Shown here one piece after another: positions 30,917-39,895 of a DNA stretch of 64,000 nucleotides (the stretch's first letter is position 1; the number at the start of each line of letters is the position of its first letter). The notes below the pieces were generated by a model. It did no database searches, was not told where the DNA came from, and saw only the letters and a program-made list of their open reading frames with translations. A program made the translations under genes and the position numbers. The DNA is from an uncultured Rhodopila sp. Its GTDB lineage: Bacteria > Pseudomonadota > Alphaproteobacteria > Acetobacterales > Acetobacteraceae. Where the stretch lies: NCBI GenBank assembly GCA_903944925.1, contig CAJATU010000093.1, forward strand, positions 26,485-90,484, written 5' to 3'.

Positions 30917-32667
30917 TGCACCTTGACCTTTGCAGACAGCGGAAGCCGGAGCCGGTATGCGACGCCCGCCTCGGCATAGTCCACCTCCGTTTCGCCCCCG
31001 AGCTCATGGGCGACCGCCCGGTCCAGAAGCTTCGACCCGAAGCCGCCACCTGCCGGAGCAGCCACCTTCGGTCCGCCGCTTTCGCGCCAGTCGATACAAA
31101 GTTCCAGCGGATTCTCGCCGGCATCCAGGCTCCAGCGCACCGCGATCCGTCCGCAGGCGTTCGACAAGGCGCCGAACTTGGCGGCGTTGGTGGCGAGCTC
31201 GTGAAAAACCAGGCTCAACGTCACTGCCTCATTCGGGGCGAGCCAGATGTCCGGCCCGTCTATCGTCCATCGTTGCTCCGGACTGAGGCCCTCATACGGG
31301 GCAAAACCAAGACGGACAACCTCATGGAGAGCGGCTCCTTCCCAGTCCGAACGGGTCAGCAGGTCATGGGCGGTGCCGAGCGCCGAAAGCCGCCCGGTCA
31401 ATGTGTCATAGAACTGCGCCGGCGGCGCGAACCGCCGCGTCTGGGCAGCGATCGACTGCACCACCGCGAGGGTGTTTTTCACCCGGTGCGCCAGTTCCCG
31501 CAGCAACAGCGCCTGATGCTCCTCGGCGCGCTTGCGGGCGGTGATGTCGCGCAGGATGACGGTAAACAGCTTGCGTCCATCGACGTCGGCCTGGGAAATC
31601 GATCCCTCGACAGGAAATTCCTCGCCGTTCCGCCTTAGGCCAACCAGCGAGCCGGAATTGCCCATTGGACGGTTGGTAAAGCCCGTGGTGGCGAAGCCGG
31701 TGACATGCCTGGCATGCGCCGCGCGGAAACGCTGCGGAATAAACTCGCCGATCGGCAGGCCGATGGCTTCGCTTTCGGTCCAGCCGAACATTGCGACAGC
31801 GGCTTTGTTACACAAGACGATCCGTTGCGCCGCATCCACCGTGATGATCGCATCCATGGCCGACTCGACCACGCTCGCCAGGCGCGAGCGGCTTTCGGCC
31901 ATGTCGCGGCTGGCCCGCTTGCGCTCGCTGATGTCGCGGATCACCTGGGCGTAGCCGCGCAGTTCGCCTTTCTCATCGTGCAATGCGGTGATGGCGACAT
32001 CGGCCCAGAAACGCGATCCATCCTTGCGCACGCGTTCGGCTTCTTCGCGAAAGCTGCCTTGTGCGGCGGCTATCTCCAACTGCCGCAGCGGGCGCCCGCT
32101 GTCGCGCGCCTCGCCGGGGAACACGCGGGAAACATCCTGTCCGAGGATTTCGGTTTCGGACCAGCCTTCGATCCGTTGCGCGCCTGTATTCCAGCTTGCC
32201 ACCCGGCCGTGCCGATCGAGCATGAAGATGGCGTAGTCCTGCACGCCGTCGACCAGTTGATGGAAACGTTCCTCGCTGTCTTGCAGCGCCCGCTCGGTCA
32301 GTATCCGCCTTTCGCGGCCGATCCGCAGCAAGGCCACGACGAGCGTTGAGATGGTCCCGAGCGATACGAAGCCGAGCAGCCGGATGATATCCGAGGCGTT
32401 TTCCGCCGCGAATGATCCGGCACGCACGATGATCGGATAGTGCGTGTATAGGGCCGCCGAAACGACGGCGAACAGCGCCGGACCGACACCGGCGACGACC
32501 GCAACCACAAGGATCGCCGGATAAAATATGGCGTAGGGCAGCGCGGCAAGTTGCTCTTGCAACAGATGGCGTGATCCGGCCGCCGCGGCCACAACGATGA
32601 TGGCGGCACCATAGCGAAGCGCCCAGTGGGTTTTCCACAGGCGGGCACCGGTTCCGGCTAAACTCAC
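30913..32667 (-). CDS. PAS-domain sensor histidine kinase, HWE/HisKA_2 type
   Basis: 584 aa. The N-terminus has TM segments, followed by two PAS-like regions (EERFHQLVDGVQDYAIFMLD..., SRLASVVESAMDAIITVD). H-box is ELAHRVKNTLAVVQSIA. The C-terminal ATPase region contains HELATNAAKFGAL. Confidence 0.85.
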   Translation of the reverse strand: MSLAGTGARLWKTHWALRYGAAIIVVAAAAGSRHLLQEQLAALPYAIFYPAILVVAVVAGVGPALFAVVSAALYTHYPIIVRAGSFAAENASDIIRLLGFVSLGTISTLVVALLRIGRERRILTERALQDSEERFHQLVDGVQDYAIFMLDRHGRVASWNTGAQRIEGWSETEILGQDVSRVFPGEARDSGRPLRQLEIAAAQGSFREEAERVRKDGSRFWADVAITALHDEKGELRGYAQVIRDISERKRASRDMAESRSRLASVVESAMDAIITVDAAQRIVLCNKAAVAMFGWTESEAIGLPIGEFIPQRFRAAHARHVTGFATTGFTNRPMGNSGSLVGLRRNGEEFPVEGSISQADVDGRKLFTVILRDITARKRAEEHQALLLRELAHRVKNTLAVVQSIAAQTRRFAPPAQFYDTLTGRLSALGTAHDLLTRSDWEGAALHEVVRLGFAPYEGLSPEQRWTIDGPDIWLAPNEAVTLSLVFHELATNAAKFGALSNACGRIAVRWSLDAGENPLELCIDWRESGGPKVAAPAGGGFGSKLLDRAVAHELGGETEVDYAEAGVAYRLRLPLSAKVKVQ

Positions 32668-32787
32668 AGTCGCCTCCGGTAGGGGCGTCGCTTAAAAGTG
32701 CCGCCGCTCAGCTCCGGCAACTCCGATGCGCGGACCGGGTCGACGCCTTTTATTTCACAATCATTATTTTAGCGCAGAGACGTTTTT

Positions 32788-32799
32788 TCTCATATGAGA
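32788..32799. promoter_or_regulatory. 12-bp perfect palindrome TCTCATATGAGA with flanking GAGACGTTT direct repeats, upstream of the HWE kinase
   Basis: Read directly in the AT-rich spacer 32668-32903. GAGACGTTT occurs at 32777-32785 and 32796-32804. Confidence 0.3.
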
Positions 32800-32903
32800 C
32801 GTTTCAATATAGGCTGTTGCAGCGGAAGTCACGAAAAAATCGCTGCTGGCGGCGAGATCGATCTCAAACCGGTCCGTTGGCCGAAACTGGCGGCTGGTGG
32901 CGC

Positions 32904-33923
32904 CTAAGCCAGCCAGTGCGGCACCGGCAACCCCTTCCCGCGTAAAAACGCCGGATTGAAAAGTTTCGACTGATACCGCGACCCGCCGTCGCAGAGGATC
33001 GTCACCACCGTGTGGCCCGGCCCGATCGCCCGGGCGACCCGGATTGCTGCGGCGATGTTGATCCCGGCGGAGGTGCCGACGGACAAGCCCTCATGAATCA
33101 GGACGTCGTAGATCTGCTCCAGCGCCTCCGCATCGGGGATGCGTTCGGCAGCGTCGATCGCGACCCCTGCCAGATTGTCGGGCACGCGCGACTGGCCGAT
33201 GCCCTCGGTGATGGACGACCCCTCGATCGTCAGGTCATTGCTTTTGACCCAGCCGTACAACCCGCTGCCGTCCGGATCCGCCAGCACGACGCGCACGTTC
33301 GGATCGCGCTGCTTCAGCGCCAGTGAGACCCCGGCCAACGTGCCGCCAGTGCCACACGAACACGTGAAAGCATCGATCCTTCCGCCGGTCTGGTCCCAGA
33401 TTTCCGGGCCTGTGGTGGCACGGTGGCCCTCCCGGTTGGCCAGGTTGTCGAACTGGTTGGCCCAGATGGCGTTGCCGGTTTCAGCCGCCAGATCCTCGGC
33501 GAGGCGGCGAGACACATGCACATAGTTCCCCTGGTCGCGGTACGGCTTTGCCGGAACCAACCGCAAATCTGCGCCAATCATGCGCAGGAAATCGATCTTC
33601 TCCTGCGACTGGGTCTCCGGCATGACGATCACGCTGCGGTACCCGCCGGCGTTGCCCACCAGGGTCAGACCGATGCCGGTGTTGCCGGCGGTGCCCTCGA
33701 CGACAGTGCCGCCGGGTTTCAGGGTGCCGCGCGCCTCGGCGTCGCGGATGATCGCCAGGGCGGCGCGGTCCTTGACAGAACCGCCCGGATTCATGAACTC
33801 CGCCTTGCCGAGGATGGTGCAGCCGGTTGCCTCCGACGCGCGCCGCAGCTTGATCAGCGGCGTGTTGCCGATGGCCTGAGCGAGGCCGTCCTGCCAGGCG
33901 GTGCCGTGATATGAGGCGGTCAT
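32904..33923 (-). CDS. PLP-dependent cysteine synthase / cystathionine beta-synthase family enzyme
   Basis: ORF trimmed to MTASYHGTAW.... Motifs are IGNTPLIKL, MNPGGSVKDRAA (PLP lysine) and GTAGNTGIGL. Confidence 0.82.
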   Translation of the reverse strand: MTASYHGTAWQDGLAQAIGNTPLIKLRRASEATGCTILGKAEFMNPGGSVKDRAALAIIRDAEARGTLKPGGTVVEGTAGNTGIGLTLVGNAGGYRSVIVMPETQSQEKIDFLRMIGADLRLVPAKPYRDQGNYVHVSRRLAEDLAAETGNAIWANQFDNLANREGHRATTGPEIWDQTGGRIDAFTCSCGTGGTLAGVSLALKQRDPNVRVVLADPDGSGLYGWVKSNDLTIEGSSITEGIGQSRVPDNLAGVAIDAAERIPDAEALEQIYDVLIHEGLSVGTSAGINIAAAIRVARAIGPGHTVVTILCDGGSRYQSKLFNPAFLRGKGLPVPHWLA

Positions 33924-33955
33924 CGAGTCCTTCTTTCCAAGCGGAGCGTTTGAGT

Positions 33956-34366
33956 ATGGTGGACAATGTAGCGCCGAAACAGACCTGGGAAGCCCTGGAG
34001 AGCGATCCACAGGCCCAACTCGTCGACGTTCGGACGGACGTGGAGTGGACCTTTGTCGGCGTGCCCGACCTCAACAAGACCGGCAAGAAGACGCTGCTGA
34101 TCCCCTGGCAGGTTTATCCGACGATGCGCCGAAACGACTCGTTCGAAGCCAACCTCAAGCAATCGGGCCTGACGGCGGAGAACCACATCTATTTCATCTG
34201 CCGCAGCGGCGCCCGCAGCCTCGCGGCGGCCGAGGCGGCGAAGGCGGCGGGTTTCCCGAACGTCTACAATGTGGCCGACGGGTTCGAAGGTCCGCCGAAC
34301 GCCGAGGGTCACCGCGGCGAGGCGGCCGGCTGGAAGGCCGACAAGCTGCCCTGGCGCCAGCGCTAG
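33956..34366 (+). CDS. Rhodanese-like domain protein
   Basis: ORF trimmed to MVDNVAPKQTWEALESDPQAQLVDVR.... The active-site loop is FICRSGARS. It is divergent from the cysteine-synthase-like gene with only about 32 bp between the proposed starts. Confidence 0.75.
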   Translation: MVDNVAPKQTWEALESDPQAQLVDVRTDVEWTFVGVPDLNKTGKKTLLIPWQVYPTMRRNDSFEANLKQSGLTAENHIYFICRSGARSLAAAEAAKAAGFPNVYNVADGFEGPPNAEGHRGEAAGWKADKLPWRQR

Positions 34367-34471
34367 GTGTCCGGCCATCTGACTTGAAACCTTCACAAAC
34401 GTCCGATTGAGCGCAATCGCCTTACGGGATATTTGATTATTCGAAATAATTAGATAGCCCGTAGGAATTTC

Positions 34472-36034
34472 ATGCCCGATCGAACCCTGCTTCGTTGCGC
34501 CGCCATCGGATCGGCTGCAACCATTCTGAGCGGCGCCATCGCGGCATCCGCCTCGGCCGCCAACATCACCTCGTTCACGCCGGGCGATCTGGTGATCAGC
34601 ACCGTCTCCTGCTCCGTCGGCGCCGCGGTGTGCAACAGCACGCCGGGGGGATTGGACACGGCCGCGCCGATCGTTCTGCAGCAGTTCCAGTTGAGCGCGA
34701 ACGGAACGACCGCCACGGCGGCCGGAACGCTGACCTTGCCGCAGACCGCCAGCGGTGCGAACGCGGCGATATCGGGCGAGTACGGGTCCGCGTCGGAAGG
34801 CATCCTGCAGGACTCGGCGAACGGCCAGTACCTGACAATCATGGGCTATGGTGTGAACGCCAACACGTTCAACACGGCGGCCGGATCGGTTTACGGCACC
34901 GCGGCTCTCGGACAGACCACCAGCCTGACGGGAACGTCGACAACCACCGTGCCGCGCGTGGTCGCGCTGATCGGCAGCAACGCCGGTGTCGATACGACCA
35001 CAGCTCTGACCGGCGTCTTCAACACCAACAACCCGCGTAGCGCCGCGACGGTGGATGGTTCGTCGTTCTATGTCTCGGGCCAGGGCGTGACCGGCGACGG
35101 CACCGGCGGCGTCTTCTACGCGACAAAGGGCGCGACGACGGCGACCGCGATCAACGCCAATACGACCGCGCCGAAGGGCACACCCAACGGCACCGCAGAC
35201 GCGAGCCTGGCGACCGAGACGCGGGCCGTAGAAATCGTCAACACCGGCAGCGGGAATACATTGTATGTGTCCCGCGATTTTTCGCCGAAGGGCGGTCCGA
35301 ACGATGCAACGGACATTCGCGCGCTGACCAATGCCTCGGGCGGACTGCCGACTTCGGCGGCTGGACTGGTCGCGACACGCGTGTTGCCGACGGTGAATTC
35401 GTCCGGTGGAAATACCGGGTCGATCGACCTGAAGTCCGGAACCACCAGCACCTATAACGGGATAAACAACGCCCGCACGCCCCCGGCGAACACGTTCGTC
35501 TACCTCAGCCCCGAGCAGTTTTTCTTCGCCAATGCCACAACGATGTACGTGACCGATAGCGGCGAGCCGAAGAACGGCAACGCCAACGCGGCGGCGCTGG
35601 GCGAAGGCGGCCTGCAGAAATGGAGTCTCGTCGGCGGCACCTGGACGCTGGACTACGACCTCGTCGCCGGCCTGAACCTGGTCAACAATGCCGGCGCCAA
35701 CGCGGCCACGCCAACGGCTGCCGGGGTCACGGGTCTGTTCGGCCTGGCCGCCGAGGTTGTCGGCGGCCAGGTTGAATTGTTCGCCACCAGCTACGGACTG
35801 AACGAGCTATCGCCGAGCTATCTGTATGAGATCACCGACACTCTTTCCTATACGACGATCACGCAGGCGAGCGGCGAAACCTTCACTACGCTGGAAGCCG
35901 CACCGGCCGGCACGTTGATCCGGGGCGTGGCCTTCGCGCCGGCACCGGAGCCGGCGTCGCTCGGTATCTTCGGCATCGCGATGGCGGCACTTGGCGTCGC
36001 CCGCAAGCGGCGCCGCGCTGCGGCGGTTGCCTGA
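34472..36034 (+). CDS. Secreted Thr/Ala/Gly-rich protein with C-terminal PEP-CTERM sorting signal
   Basis: 520 aa with an N-terminal signal (AAIGSAATILSGAIAASASA). The C-terminus APAPEPASLGIFGIAMAALGVARKRRR is a PEP motif, a TM helix and an Arg cluster. Confidence 0.75.
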   Translation: MPDRTLLRCAAIGSAATILSGAIAASASAANITSFTPGDLVISTVSCSVGAAVCNSTPGGLDTAAPIVLQQFQLSANGTTATAAGTLTLPQTASGANAAISGEYGSASEGILQDSANGQYLTIMGYGVNANTFNTAAGSVYGTAALGQTTSLTGTSTTTVPRVVALIGSNAGVDTTTALTGVFNTNNPRSAATVDGSSFYVSGQGVTGDGTGGVFYATKGATTATAINANTTAPKGTPNGTADASLATETRAVEIVNTGSGNTLYVSRDFSPKGGPNDATDIRALTNASGGLPTSAAGLVATRVLPTVNSSGGNTGSIDLKSGTTSTYNGINNARTPPANTFVYLSPEQFFFANATTMYVTDSGEPKNGNANAAALGEGGLQKWSLVGGTWTLDYDLVAGLNLVNNAGANAATPTAAGVTGLFGLAAEVVGGQVELFATSYGLNELSPSYLYEITDTLSYTTITQASGETFTTLEAAPAGTLIRGVAFAPAPEPASLGIFGIAMAALGVARKRRRAAAVA

Positions 36035-36090
36035 GTCGCAGCCGGGCCAGACGGTTTACAACGGCAGCCACGGAACGACCCGCGGCGCCA

Positions 36091-36873
36091 TCACACCACC
36101 GGGCTCGCCCCGCCGTCCATGTTGATGGCCGCACCGGTGGTGAAACCGGCATGGTCGCTGCACAGGAAGCAGGCCATGGCGGCGAACTCCTCCGCCCGGC
36201 CGATACGGCCGAGCGGTACGTTGGCGGCCAGTTTCTTGCGGAATTCATCGTAGGACACGTTGCTGCCCTCGTTCCGGTGGCGGCGGGCGTGCTGGTCGGA
36301 GTCGATCAGCCCCACGAGCAGGCCGTTGACCAGGATGCCGTGCGGCGCGCCCTCATTGGCCAGCACCTTCATCAGCGCCATCCCGGCGGCGCGCGACACC
36401 GCCGTCGGCGCGCCATTCGCCCGCGGCGCCTTGGCCCCGGTGTTCAGCACGAAGATGATCCGGCCCCACTGGCGCTCCTGCATTCCCGGCCAGGCCAGCC
36501 GGCTGAGGCGGATCGCGGCGAACAGTTTCAGATCCAGATCCTCCTGCCAGATCGCATCGGTGATCTGCCCGGACGGCATCGCCCGCGACACGCCCGCGTT
36601 GTTGACCAGGATATCCACCCGGCCGAACGCGGCGATCACCGCGTCGAAGGTCCTGGCGATATCATCGGCTTTCGACACGTCGCACTGGAACGTCTCGACC
36701 CGGCCGAAGGCGCCTTCCGAGGCGATCGCCCGCGCCGCCGCCAAAGCCTCGGCGCCGCGGGCCAGGATGGCGACATTGGCGCCCGACGCGGCGAACTCCC
36801 GGGCCATGGCGAGGCCGAGGCCCTTGCTGGCGCCTGTGATGATTGCGGTGCGGCCGTCGAGACGGACTTCCAT
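36091..36873 (-). CDS. Short-chain dehydrogenase/reductase (SDR) family oxidoreductase
   Basis: 260 aa with TAIITGASKGLGLAMA (TGxxxGxG), NNAG, and a classical SDR length. Confidence 0.82.
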   Translation of the reverse strand: MEVRLDGRTAIITGASKGLGLAMAREFAASGANVAILARGAEALAAARAIASEGAFGRVETFQCDVSKADDIARTFDAVIAAFGRVDILVNNAGVSRAMPSGQITDAIWQEDLDLKLFAAIRLSRLAWPGMQERQWGRIIFVLNTGAKAPRANGAPTAVSRAAGMALMKVLANEGAPHGILVNGLLVGLIDSDQHARRHRNEGSNVSYDEFRKKLAANVPLGRIGRAEEFAAMACFLCSDHAGFTTGAAINMDGGASPVV

Positions 36874-36995
36874 CGGTTTTCTCCCCGTTTGACCGCCGGC
36901 ACTGTGCGGAATCCGGCCGCCCGCAGCAACGCGTAGCTGCCTGATCGCGGCCGATGGGCTAAGCGGGGTCGGACATCCCGGAGCCCCACCGTTCC

Positions 36996-38246
36996 ATGAC
37001 CTCTTTCGAACTGATATCCATCCTGTTGCTGCTGGCCGCGGTACTCGGAATCATCAACCGGCGGTATCTTCATCTGCCCCGGACCATCGCGCTGATGGCC
37101 GGATCGCTGGTGCTGTCGGTGATCATCATCCTGGTCGATCGCTCGCTGGATTTTGTCGACCTGCAGCAGGACTGGGCGACGCTGGTCACCAAAAACGACC
37201 TGCCGCATGTGTTCCTGGACGGGTTGCTGGCCTTCATGCTGTTCGCCGGCACGCTGCATGTCGACATGTCGGCGTTGCGCTCGCAGAAATGGACCGTCCT
37301 CGTGCTGTCCACCGTCGGCGTGCTGCTGGCGACGGCACTCTACGGCTTCGGCATATGGTTCGTGTTCGGCGGCGGCGTGCCGTTGCCCTGGTGCCTCGCC
37401 CTGGGCGCGCTGCTCGCGCCAACCGATCCGATCGCCGTTGGCGGCTTGCTGCGGGAGGCCGGGTTGCCGGCCGGGCCGATGGCGGTGGTCAACGGCGAAA
37501 GCCTGTTCAATGACGGCGTCGCGGTGGTGGTTTTCGCGGCGGCGGTCGAATACGCCAACGGCCAGGCCGCCAGTATCAGCGAGCTTGAGCTGGAATTCCT
37601 GATCGAGGCCGGCGGCGGCATGCTGCTGGGTCTGGTGACCGGCTGGCTGTCCTATCGGGCGGTGCGGCTGGTCGATGACGTGGCGCTGGAGCTGACAGTG
37701 ACCCTGGCCCTGGTCACCTGCACCTACAGCCTCGCCCAGGCGCTGCACGTCTCCGGCCCGCTGGCGGTCGTGGTCGCCGGCCTGATCACCAGCGACCGGT
37801 CCACCCGGTTCGGCATGTCGGAGGCATCGCGGCGGGACGTCATCGCGTTCTGGGATCTGGTGGACGAGTTGCTGAACGCCATGCTGTTCCTGCTGCTCGG
37901 CTTCGCCCTGCTGTCGGTGAAGATCAGCGTGCCGCTGGCCGAAGCGGCGGCCGGCGGCATCGCGCTGGCGGTAGCGACGCGGCTGATCAGCGTGGCGGTG
38001 CCGACGACGCTGCTGCATTTTCGCAGCTCGCCGAAATTCAAGAGCATCGCCGTGCTGACCTGGGGCGGCCTGCGCGGCGGCATCTCCGTCGCGCTGGCAC
38101 TGACCCTGCAGCCGTCACCCTACCGCGGCGACCTGCTCGCGGTGTGCTACGCGGTGGTGGTGTTCACCATCCTGGTGCAGGGTCTGACCATGCCGCGGCT
38201 GGTGCGATGGCTGTATCGGCCGAAGGTCACAGCCATCCCGCGATGA
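36996..38246 (+). CDS. NhaP-type (CPA1) Na+/H+ antiporter
   Basis: 416 aa, multi-TM. Motifs are APTDPIAVGGLL and NGESLFNDGVAVVVF. Confidence 0.82.
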   Translation: MTSFELISILLLLAAVLGIINRRYLHLPRTIALMAGSLVLSVIIILVDRSLDFVDLQQDWATLVTKNDLPHVFLDGLLAFMLFAGTLHVDMSALRSQKWTVLVLSTVGVLLATALYGFGIWFVFGGGVPLPWCLALGALLAPTDPIAVGGLLREAGLPAGPMAVVNGESLFNDGVAVVVFAAAVEYANGQAASISELELEFLIEAGGGMLLGLVTGWLSYRAVRLVDDVALELTVTLALVTCTYSLAQALHVSGPLAVVVAGLITSDRSTRFGMSEASRRDVIAFWDLVDELLNAMLFLLLGFALLSVKISVPLAEAAAGGIALAVATRLISVAVPTTLLHFRSSPKFKSIAVLTWGGLRGGISVALALTLQPSPYRGDLLAVCYAVVVFTILVQGLTMPRLVRWLYRPKVTAIPR

Positions 38247-38670
38247 TCACGGTGACCAGGCCGAGGACCAGGTTGACGGCAATCAGGGTGCGCATGGTGC
38301 TCATGCTGGCCGCCATCCGGGTGCGGTCCGTCGTGCGGCGGAATTTCCGATAGGGCCCGAAGATGATGGCCAGGAACACCGCCGCCATCAGCAGCCCCAG
38401 CGCCAGCATGGCGTGTATCGGCCAGGGCACGTGCGCCAGCCCGCCGAGCATGTAGAGCAACGCGAAGCCGGTGATCAGGATCAGCGGCATGGCGTGCCAG
38501 ATCACCAGGAAGAACCGCCGGTGCACCCGGGTCTGCAACAGCATGCGCTGCGGCGGCTCGATCGCCACCAGGCTCGGGCGCAACACCACGAACGCGAAGA
38601 ACAGGCCGCCCACCCATAGCACCGCGCACAGCAGGTGCAGCGCCTTGAGGCCAGCGTAGAGCATCGTCAT
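38227..38670 (-). CDS. CopD-like / UPF0093-like 4-TM membrane protein
   Basis: 147 aa with four hydrophobic helices. The N-terminus LKALHLLCAVLWVGGLFFAFVVLRP resembles the CopD/HemJ-type first helix. The ATG overlaps the ParA-like stop (ATGA). The 3' end overlaps the convergent NhaP gene by 20 nt. Confidence 0.55.
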   Translation of the reverse strand: MTMLYAGLKALHLLCAVLWVGGLFFAFVVLRPSLVAIEPPQRMLLQTRVHRRFFLVIWHAMPLILITGFALLYMLGGLAHVPWPIHAMLALGLLMAAVFLAIIFGPYRKFRRTTDRTRMAASMSTMRTLIAVNLVLGLVTVIIAGWL

Positions 38671-39287
38671 CCAATCATCTCCAGCAACTCGGACAGCAGG
38701 GCGCGTAGCTCATTTGCGGCGATTGATCGAGGGGCCGTCTCGGTGACGCCGAGGCCAGCCGCGAAAGAGGTGGCGAAGCCGGTGCGATTGCCGATGGTGG
38801 CGACCAGCAGCGGGCGGCCGGAGGCCTTGATCTGCGCCGGCATGGACTCGCGCAGCTTGCCGGTGGACGGCATCCGGTTGAGCACGATCGCCGCCCGGCG
38901 CTTTTCCGCTTCCGCGAGCTTCAGGGTGCCCTCCGCCGCCCAGATGTCGGGCGCGCTGGGCTGCACCGGGATCAGCACGAAGTTGGCGCCGCGGATCGCC
39001 AGTCGCGCGTCGGTGTCGATCTGCGGCGGGCTGTCGATCACCACGACGTCATGCGCCGCCTTCAGGCGGTCCAGTTCGCCGGCCACGCGCCAGCCGGAGA
39101 CCTCGGAAAAGGTGAGCTTCGTGGCGGCGTCCGGCCGCAACTGATACCAGCGGGCCAGGCTGTGCTGCGGGTCAATGTCCAGCAGCGCCACCCGGCGGCT
39201 GACCGCCAGGGCGGCGCCGAGGTTGGCCGCGAGCGTGGTTTTGCCCGTCCCGCCTTTCTGCTGGGCAACTGTAATGACGACCGTCAT
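38667..39287 (-). CDS. Orphan ParA/MinD-family P-loop ATPase (small, no ParB partner nearby)
   Basis: ORF trimmed to MTVVITVAQQKGGTGKTTLAANLGAALA (deviant Walker A KGGxGKT). Also VVVIDSPP and a length of about 206 aa. Confidence 0.8.
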   Translation of the reverse strand: MTVVITVAQQKGGTGKTTLAANLGAALAVSRRVALLDIDPQHSLARWYQLRPDAATKLTFSEVSGWRVAGELDRLKAAHDVVVIDSPPQIDTDARLAIRGANFVLIPVQPSAPDIWAAEGTLKLAEAEKRRAAIVLNRMPSTGKLRESMPAQIKASGRPLLVATIGNRTGFATSFAAGLGVTETAPRSIAANELRALLSELLEMIG

Positions 39288-39394
39288 GGCCCGCGACTCC
39301 GTATCAATGCTGCACAACTGGATCAGAAACGGTGATTCGGCGCCAGGACCCATGTGAAACTGGCTTTACGCCGGGCGTGGCTGTATGATGGGTT

Positions 39395-39874
39395 ATGCTC
39401 GCCGCGAATGGCGGCCATGAGGACACCAGGATAATGCCAGCCAACCACCCTAACGGAGAGAACGGCTACCGGCTCGACGCTCCGCAATGTGCGCAGGATT
39501 GGCAGGCGTATCACGGCATCCGCCGGAAGGTGTTCCATCTGCCGCGTCCGGACGAGGATACCAGCCCGGACGTCCATCCCCTCCTGCTCTGGCTCGAGGA
39601 TCGGCCCATCGGCGCGATCCAGGTCGATAATCTGCACAACGCCGCGGCGGCGCTGCGTCTGGTGGCGATCGATCCGGCGCATCAGGGCGGCGGCCACGGG
39701 AGAGAGATGCTGCAGCGGGCGGAGGCGTTCGTGCGGACCCTCGGGTGCCGCAAGGCGGTGGTGTATTCGACGGTCGAGGCGGCGGGATTCTATGCCCATA
39801 ACGGCTACGACGAGGAAGACTGGGACGCAGTCTGCATGGGCGGCGTGGTGCAGATGCTGAAGGAACTGGATTAG
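39395..39874 (+). CDS. GNAT-family N-acetyltransferase
   Basis: 159 aa. The acetyl-CoA binding motif is LRLVAIDPAHQGGGHGREMLQRAEAFV. Confidence 0.8.
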   Translation: MLAANGGHEDTRIMPANHPNGENGYRLDAPQCAQDWQAYHGIRRKVFHLPRPDEDTSPDVHPLLLWLEDRPIGAIQVDNLHNAAAALRLVAIDPAHQGGGHGREMLQRAEAFVRTLGCRKAVVYSTVEAAGFYAHNGYDEEDWDAVCMGGVVQMLKELD

Positions 39875-39895
39875 ACCGCACCAGTTCCCCGTTCT

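Noticed and set aside
27737-30979. Plus-strand ORFs 27737..29122 (461 aa) and 29174..30979 (601 aa)
   Set aside because: They are antisense to the M16 peptidase and the response regulator. They are low-complexity and Arg/Gly-rich, with no motifs.
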